From Scenedesmus sp. PABB004 (taxonomy: Eukaryota): a DNA stretch of 64,000 bases. Within the stretch, counting starts at the first letter, position 1. Every line of letters begins with the position of its first letter. The DNA lies in contig JABVCE010000009.1 of the NCBI GenBank assembly GCA_014905635.1, positions 992,001 to 1,056,000 on the forward strand, in the 5' to 3' direction. Positions 57,912 to 64,000 of this stretch are shown here, piece after piece. The notes below the pieces were generated by a model. It saw only the letters and a program-made list of their open reading frames with translations. It did no database searches and was not told the origin of the DNA. A program made the translations under genes and the position numbers.

Positions 57912-58101
57912 AGTCCGCTGCTGCGCCTGCTGCTGCGCCTGCTGCTGCTTCTGGTGGCGCTGCCGCGCGAGCCGCTGGCGCCGCTGCGCCAGCCGCCGCA
58001 GCCGCCGCCGGCGCCGCTGCGCCGGCCGCCGCTGCTGCCGCCATGCCACACAACAGACACATGAGCCACAACTTGACTGCGGAGCACCTGTGCCCAGCCA
58101 T
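55773..58101 (-). CDS. Secreted protein: signal peptide, poly-Ala linker, Cys-rich (GCC2/ephrin-receptor-like) repeats and a bacterial-type CAP/SCP domain; one apparent frameshift
   Basis: MAGHRCSAVKLWLMCLLCGMAAA; CVPCPPGTF..CRRCPAGATT..CRPCTAGSFS; CAP motifs VNFFRAMAG..LSHDP..SNLALG..GHRRWLL, then WPPPGYVPYPLVFPRW. Confidence 0.7.
57823..57923 (-). repeat. Interrupted (GCA)n trinucleotide tract encoding poly-Ala in the CAP gene
   Basis: (TGC)n on +, interrupted twice by GAGTCC. Confidence 0.85.
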
Positions 58102-58458
58102 GCGAGCGCTGGGCGAGCCGGGCCGGTGCGTGTGAGCGGGTGCTCAGCCTGCTGCCCTGGTGCGCCGCCTGACGCGAGCGCACGCCCTGCGCCGGCCTTG
58201 TACGAGGTGTGTTTTGCTCCCAATGAGCTCCTGCGGAGCTGCGAGGCCTGGGCGGCCACGGCGCGGGAGTGTTCGCGCGCTCGCGCCCCGCGGCTGCGCG
58301 CGGGCCAACTCGCAGGCGGCCCCCAGGCCGGGGGCCGGGCCGGTAGGGATGGAGAGAGTGCGAGGAGCATTACCGTGGCCGCGCGTCGAGCGCCGGCGGC
58401 CGCGGCAGCCGGGCGGGCGCGACGCCGCCGCGCGCACGCCACACTGCGCGGCGCCCGC

Positions 58459-61400
58459 TCACAGGCCCACCCAGTAGCTGCGGCCGCCGGGGTTGTGGAT
58501 GGCGCTCGTCGCCGGCGCGCTGACGGCCCACTCGTACCAGACCTTGTGCTTGCCGGCCTTGCGCCACATGTGCGCGACGACCGGCGCGCCCGGCGGCAGC
58601 GGCAGCGGCTCCCGCAGCGGGAAAAAGATGGGGAACCAGCTGAACATGTTGGGCGTGTGCGTGGGCGGGTGCGTGTTCAGCGTCACGCCTGCGGCGGCGG
58701 GGCGGGTGGCCGTGCACGTCGGCGTCGGCGGCGGCCGCGGCGGCTGAGCACACAGCACGCAGCGCGCGAGCGCGCGGCCGCCGCCGCGAGCCGCCCGGGG
58801 CGCGCACGCACGCGCCGCGCCCCACACACACGCGCGCGCAGGCGCACCCGGGTACAGCACGCTCTCAAAGTAGCCAGCGAAGCCGTGCAGCACGCCCGGC
58901 CCGTCCGCAGCGGGCCGCGGGAACGTGAGCGTCGCGCCGCGGTCGTTGTCGGCGGGCTGCGGCGTAGGGTGGGTGAACGTGAAGACCGGCTGCGGCGGCG
59001 ACAGCTCAAAGTACCTGCGCAGCAGGGCGCGGCGCAGAGCAGTCGTCGGGCGGCGTCGGGCGGGGAGGCGGGCCCGGGCGCCCGCGGCGGCCCGCGGCGG
59101 CCCGCGGCGGCCCGCGGCGGCCCGCGGCCGCGCCGCGCCGCGCCCTGCCCGCCGCACCGCCGCCGCCTGCTCCGCGGCGCGCCCCCGCCCCGGCCGCGGC
59201 CCCGCCTGCGCCGGCGGCGCCGCGCCTGTGGAACTTGACGACGTAGGGCGTCTCCCAGTGCTCCAGGTCCTTGTACGCGCGCACGCCCTCGTGCAGCTTG
59301 GTCGTGCTCACTGGCGCGAGGAAGCTCGTGTAGCTGCGGCGCGCGCGCGCGCGTGTGAAAGGAGGCGGGCGGAGCGGCGGAGGCGGCGAGGGTGGCGGCT
59401 CAAGAGGGGCGGCGGCGTGGCGCGAGTGAGGGGCGGCGAGGCGGGGAGGCGGGCGGCGGCGGCGCGGCCGCCGGGGCCGCGCCTGCAGGGGATGCTGATG
59501 CCGTCAGGCTTCAGCAGGCGCTGCGCGCCGTCGAGGCACTCGGGCGAGAGCTCGTTGTCGCCAAACGACCCCAGCAGCTCGCTGACCAGGATGTCGGCCT
59601 GCGCGTGCGGCGCGGTGCGCGGCGGGCCGCCGGCTCGGGCGCCGGCCGCGACGCTGCGCGCTGCGGTGCCGAGCGCGCGCAGCGGCGGCGGCGGCGGCGG
59701 TCGCGGCGGCGGCCGCGCGCCTTCTCCGGCGGCTCCCAGTCGCGCATGTCCTGCGCCACGATCGTCACGTCGTCGGCCCAGCCCTCGGCGTCGACCATCG
59801 CCTGCGCGCGCGGGGGGCCGTGGGTGGACGGGCCGTCAGCGCCGCGCCGGCAAGAGGAAGCCCCCCCCGCCCCACGCGGCGGCGCTGCGGCGCCGCGGCG
59901 CCGCGGCCGTGCCTGGATGTGCACGATGGCCGCAGGGTTCTTCTCCACCGCGTACACGCGCAGCCGCCGCCCCGCCTCGCGCGCCGCCGCGAGCGACGCG
60001 CGCACGAGCGGGCCGCGCCCTGCGCGCGCGGGCGCGTGGGCGCGCGGGCGCACGCCAGGCGGCTCGCCGCGCCCCCGGCCGCCCGCGCCGCGCCGCGCCG
60101 CGCCGCGCCGCGCCGCGCCGCGCCGCGCCGCGCCGCGCCGCGCCGCGCCGCGCGGCGCGGCGCCCGACGCTCACCTGCGCCGACGACCATCAGCGTCGTC
60201 ACGGCCGCCGCCGCGTCGGCGTCGGGCACGCGGTCGGCCAGCGCCGCGCGCACCGCGGCCTGGTAGCAGGCGTACTTGGTCACGTCCTTCTCAAACGTCT
60301 CGTACGTCTGGCTCTCAAGGTTGTCCTGCAGCGGCTGCAGCGGCGCCTGCGCGCGCGCGCCACGCGCGTCGGCGGTGCGGCGCGCGCGTCGGCGCAGTGC
60401 AGCAGCGCAGTGCAGCGACGCAGGCGGCGCGTGCGACAGCAGTGGCGGCGGCGGCGGCGGCGGCGGCGGGTGGTGGTGGTGGCGGCGCGCCTGCAGGTAG
60501 TCCCGGTACCCGGCCTCCAGGAAGTCCTGCGGCACGCCGCTGTCGATGCGCCTGCGCGCGCGCGCGCGTCGGCACGGCGGGTGCGTTGGCGCGCGTCGGG
60601 CGCGGCCCCGCGCGGCGCGCGTCGTCGCGGTGGCCGGGCCGGGCCCCGCGCGCTGCAGGCGGGCCGCAGCGTCTGCGCGCCGCGCCGCGCGGCGCGCGCC
60701 TGAAGATGTAGCAGAGGTACTCCCAGTAGGGCCGCAGCGCGTGGCTCTCCCCCGGGTCGGTCACGCTGAACGGCAGCGGCGCGTCGCCGGCGGCGGCGCC
60801 GCCGGCCTCGCCGTCGCCCGCGGGCGTCGCCGGCGGCGGCGGCGCCGGCGCGGGCGCGACCTTGTGCCGGGCGCCGCCGGTGAGGATGACCTGTGTGTGC
60901 ATGGCGCCGCGCGGCGGGCAGCCGCCCCGCTGCTGAGCGCGCGCGGCGCGCAGCGCGCGGGCGTCGGTCCTGCCGCGCCGCGCCGCGCGGGCGCGCCTGC
61001 ACGCTGTGGCTGTACGCGAGGCTGACGAGCTCCTGGTGGGCGCGGGAGAGCACCGGGTAGCCGCGCTTGTTGGTCGTGAACACGCCTGGAGGCCGCGCGG
61101 CGAGGGGCAGCGCGGCGTGTGGGCGCGGTGCGGGCGCGGTGCGGGGCGCGGGCGCCAGAGCGGCGCCGGCGCGCGCACTCGTGGGCAGAATCAGCGCCTT
61201 GAGCGGCTGCGCGAGCCACCGCTTGACCGCCGCCTGCGGCGGCAGGTCGGCCGGCACCTCCAGCGCGACGCCGAGCAGCGTGCTGTGCTCGCACAGCGCG
61301 TGGACCATGAGCCAGAACTCAAACCAGTCGCCGCCGCCCTGCGCCGCCTCTGGCAGCGCCATGGGCATCTGCAGCCACACGGCCATGTGCGTGAGGCCGC

Positions 61401-62087
61401 CGAGCGCCTGGTTGATGGTCTGCACCCAGTTGAACGCGGCGCGCGCGTCGGCCGGCGCGGGCAGCAGCACGGCCTGCAGCCCGAGGAATGCCGCCCAGCT
61501 CAGCTCCTGCTGCAGCGCGGCGCCCGCCTTCTTGGCCGCGGCCACGTCGCCGGCGTCCGGGTTGATCCAGGGGCTGACCTTGCCCACGATCTGCCAGCGG
61601 CGGCGGCGCGATGGGGCGGCGGAGCAGGGCGCGGCCTCGGCCGCCGGCCCGCGCCGCGCGCCGCGCGCCGCGCGCCGGCCGCTGGTGGTGCCAGCTGCCG
61701 CTGCGCGCGCGGGGCGCGGGGCGCGAGCGCGCCGCCGCGCCTGGCCGCCCCAGGAGGCGCTGGTCAGCATGATCTCCTTGCGCAGCCGCGCCGGCACGGG
61801 CCCGCCGCCCGGCAGCGCCAGCGGCGGCTCCGCGTGGCCCGGCGCGACGAGCGGCGCGACGACAAAGTCAAAGCCGCACAGCAGGTACTCCTGCGCCGCC
61901 GCGCGCGCGCACGCGCCGCGGCGCGAGCGCGGGCGGCCGTCGGCGCGCCGCGCGCGCCAGCGGCGGCGGCGGCCGCGCGCGCGGGCGGCGGGCGCGCCTG
62001 CATCGCGCCCGAGATGTCATGGGCGAAGTCCACCTCCACGCCGCTGTAGCGGGCGTCCCCAAAGTCGGTGCGCTTGCCCAGCGGCAT
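58459..62087 (-). CDS. PRMT5: Protein arginine N-methyltransferase 5 (13 exons)
   Basis: MPLG.., [150 protein letters not shown]. Confidence 0.98.
60086..60150 (+). repeat. (CGCCG)13 pentanucleotide microsatellite in PRMT5 intron 7
   Basis: Read directly; shorter runs of the same unit occur in many other introns. Confidence 0.85.
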
Positions 62088-62566
62088 GGCGGCCTGCTGC
62101 CGCGGCACGCGGCCGGTGCGCAGCGCCTGCGCGAGCGCGCGGCGGCCGGCGTCGGCTGCGGCGGCCGTGCCGCGGCGCAGCCGGGCAGGCACGGCCGCGG
62201 CGGCGCCTGCGCTGGGAGCGGCGGCCGGCGCTGTCACTGATAGCGAGGCGGCCGACCACCGCCGCAGCAGCTCACCCCCGAAGTGCCGGCGGTGGCGCCG
62301 TCTGCTGCTGCGCTGCGCTGATGCCGCGGCGAGCCCGGCAGCGCGTGGGCGCGAAGACCGAGGGATTGAGAGCTCGGGCCGTCGACGGGCGGCCAGGGCG
62401 TGAGGGTGGCGCAGGGCTTTGCGGCGGCGGCGTCGCTGATGTGCCCCGGCTCCGCCGCCGCCGCCGGCCACACCCCTCCACGCCTGCCGCGACGTCACGC
62501 TCACGCCGTGAGCTGTCAGAGCCGCCAGCTCCTCGGCAGCACCAGCAGCAGGGGCGGCGGGCGAAA

Positions 62567-63316
62567 ATGCTGCGCCAGCCAGCAGCGCGCCTGCTCGCGC
62601 GCTGCCTCAGCCTGCAGCCCATCAGCAGCGGCGCGCCGGCGGCAGCGGGCCAGGTCGTGGCAGCAGCGGCAGCAGCGGCTGCCGCGACGCAGGCGCAGGC
62701 AGCGGCCGCGCCAGCGCGGGCGCAGCAGCAGCAGCGCCGAGCGCTGTCGAGCAGCAGCGATTGGCAGGCCGAGGTGCTGGCGCGGGTGGCGGCGCCTGGC
62801 GGCCCGCCAGCGCGCTAGGTGACCCGCGCGCGCCGATGCCTGCGCCGCTCATCGCCGCGCTCCGCCCGCCCCCGCCCGCCCGCTGCGCGCTGCGCTGCTG
62901 CTCTGCCGCCGCTGCTCTGCCGCCGCCGCCCGCCCTGCCGCCAGGTGGACCTCATCAACGAGAAGTTTGCCGAGGCGCGGGAGGAGATTGAGATGGCGCG
63001 CGACGACGCCGAGACTGTCTACTTCAACGAGAGCGCAGGCGCGGCCTGGCCGGCGACGCCCTGCGCCGCTGGCGGGGCCGGCTCACCCACGCCGCACAGC
63101 CGGCGGCCACAGAATCATCGCGCGCCGCACCACAATCACCGCGCGCGCCGCACCGCAGAGCTGGCGCGTAACGTCGTGGGCGAGGTGCTCGAGCGCTGGG
63201 GCGGCCTGCTCGCGTCCCTGCCGGACGAGGAGGCGGCGAAGCTGCAGCGCAGTATGGGGCTCAAGATCGAGCAGCTCAAGGCCGAGCTCAAGGAGCTGGA
63301 CGAGCTGCACGCGTGA
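62567..63316 (+). CDS. Conserved mitochondrial-targeted small helical protein (plant embryogenesis-like family); 3 exons
   Basis: Presequence MLRQPAARLLARCLSL..RRALSS, then VDLINEKFAEAREEIEMARDDAETVYFNESA|ELAR..LQRSMGLKIEQLKAELKEL, which I recognise from plant homologues. Confidence 0.8.
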
Positions 63317-63596
63317 CGCGTCGGCGTCGGCGTCGGCGGCGCGACCGCGGCGCGGGTTCAGGGCTGGTGGTGATCGGTGCAGCGCGTGCGGCGCAGCCGT
63401 CGCCCTGGAAAGCAGCTGTGTGTATCGCAATCAGCTCTCCGCATCCCGCACGCTCTCTATTGCTCCGCAGCGACAGCCGCGCGCCGGCGACATCTGCTGC
63501 GCCGCCGCTGCTGCCGCCACCGCACGCGCGCCGCGAACCAGCGCGCGGCTTTGCGCAGATGTTCATACAATAGCCGTGCGTTTCTCGGACCTCGCC

Positions 63597-63943
63597 ATGG
63601 CCCTCGAGAAGGGCCATTCGGGGCAGCAGCAGTGGCCCGCGCCCCGGGGCGCGCCCTCCTGGACGGCGCTGCTGCTCCTGGTGTCGCTGGTGGCGGCCGT
63701 GGTGGTCACGGTCAGCGTGGGCGCGCACGTCATGCGGCCGCGCGACTGCGCCGGCGCCGGCGGCGCGCTCAGCGGCGCGGGCAGCAGCAGCGCGGCGCTC
63801 GGGCGCCGCGCGGGCGTGGCGCTGCAGCTGCAGCAGCGCGGCGCCGCCGCCGCCAACGACACGGGCTACGTGGGGCTCAAGGAGCACCCCGCGTGCGCCT
63901 TCTTCCGCTCCGGCAACGTGCACGTCGGCGACGAGCACCACTG
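63597..63943 (+). CDS. First exon of a type II membrane protein (Golgi enzyme-like); continues beyond the window
   Basis: GCC-ATG-G start, short tail, TM segment WTALLLLVSLVAAVVVTVSVGA, stem, then a GTGCGT donor at 63944. Confidence 0.6.
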
Positions 63944-64000
63944 GTGCGTGGGCGGGCCCCCGCGCGCCCCAGCGCGGGCGCGCGGGCGCGGGCGTGGCGC

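Noticed and set aside
58689..61997. GC-AG introns as Introner-like transposons (several show CAG|GCG..CAG|GCG junction repeats)
   Set aside because: Intron bodies share only low-complexity GCGCG/CGCCG runs; I saw no common internal sequence or terminal inverted repeats. An all-versus-all intron alignment would be the decisive test.
1..64000. Prokaryotic operon, defence system or contaminant interpretation (RecX, DUF1499, CAP and AlkK-like genes)
   Set aside because: These genes are interleaved with clearly eukaryotic genes, share the same composition, and all but DUF1499 contain spliceosomal introns.

Overview
Very GC-rich (visually about 75-80% G+C), intron-rich eukaryotic nuclear DNA, most consistent with a chlorophyte green alga. 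Supporting signs are the TGTAA poly(A) signals, GTGCG/GTGAG donors, CTGAC/CTCAC branch points and plastid/thylakoid targeting peptides; a Sphaeropleales-like origin is inference only. Most long six-frame ORFs are GC-rich shadow frames, so I reconstructed the genes by hand across introns. About 27 tightly packed genes, many head-to-head: an AlkK/DmdB-like acyl-CoA ligase (partial), a Moonraker/KIAA0753-like protein, a TOPORS-like RING ligase with an adjacent partial duplicate, kinesin-14, A-type cyclin, a PsbQ-like lumen protein, NUB1, RecX, CCDC77, an RS-rich SF1-like protein, ERCC1, an HCN/KCNH-like channel, NELF-C/D, FPP synthase, SERF, a SET-domain protein, eIF4E, a His-rich membrane protein, a sterol-glucosyltransferase-like GT, DUF1499, a bacterial-type CAP protein, PRMT5 and several hypotheticals. 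The most striking signal is splicing: at least 23 introns (roughly one in five or six by hand count) appear to use a non-canonical GC donor, 22 of them AG|GCGCG[CG], including 9 of 12 PRMT5 introns. No rRNA, tRNA, CRISPR or transposase was seen. Coordinates were counted by hand and may be off by a few bases; family calls are from motif recognition, not database searches.
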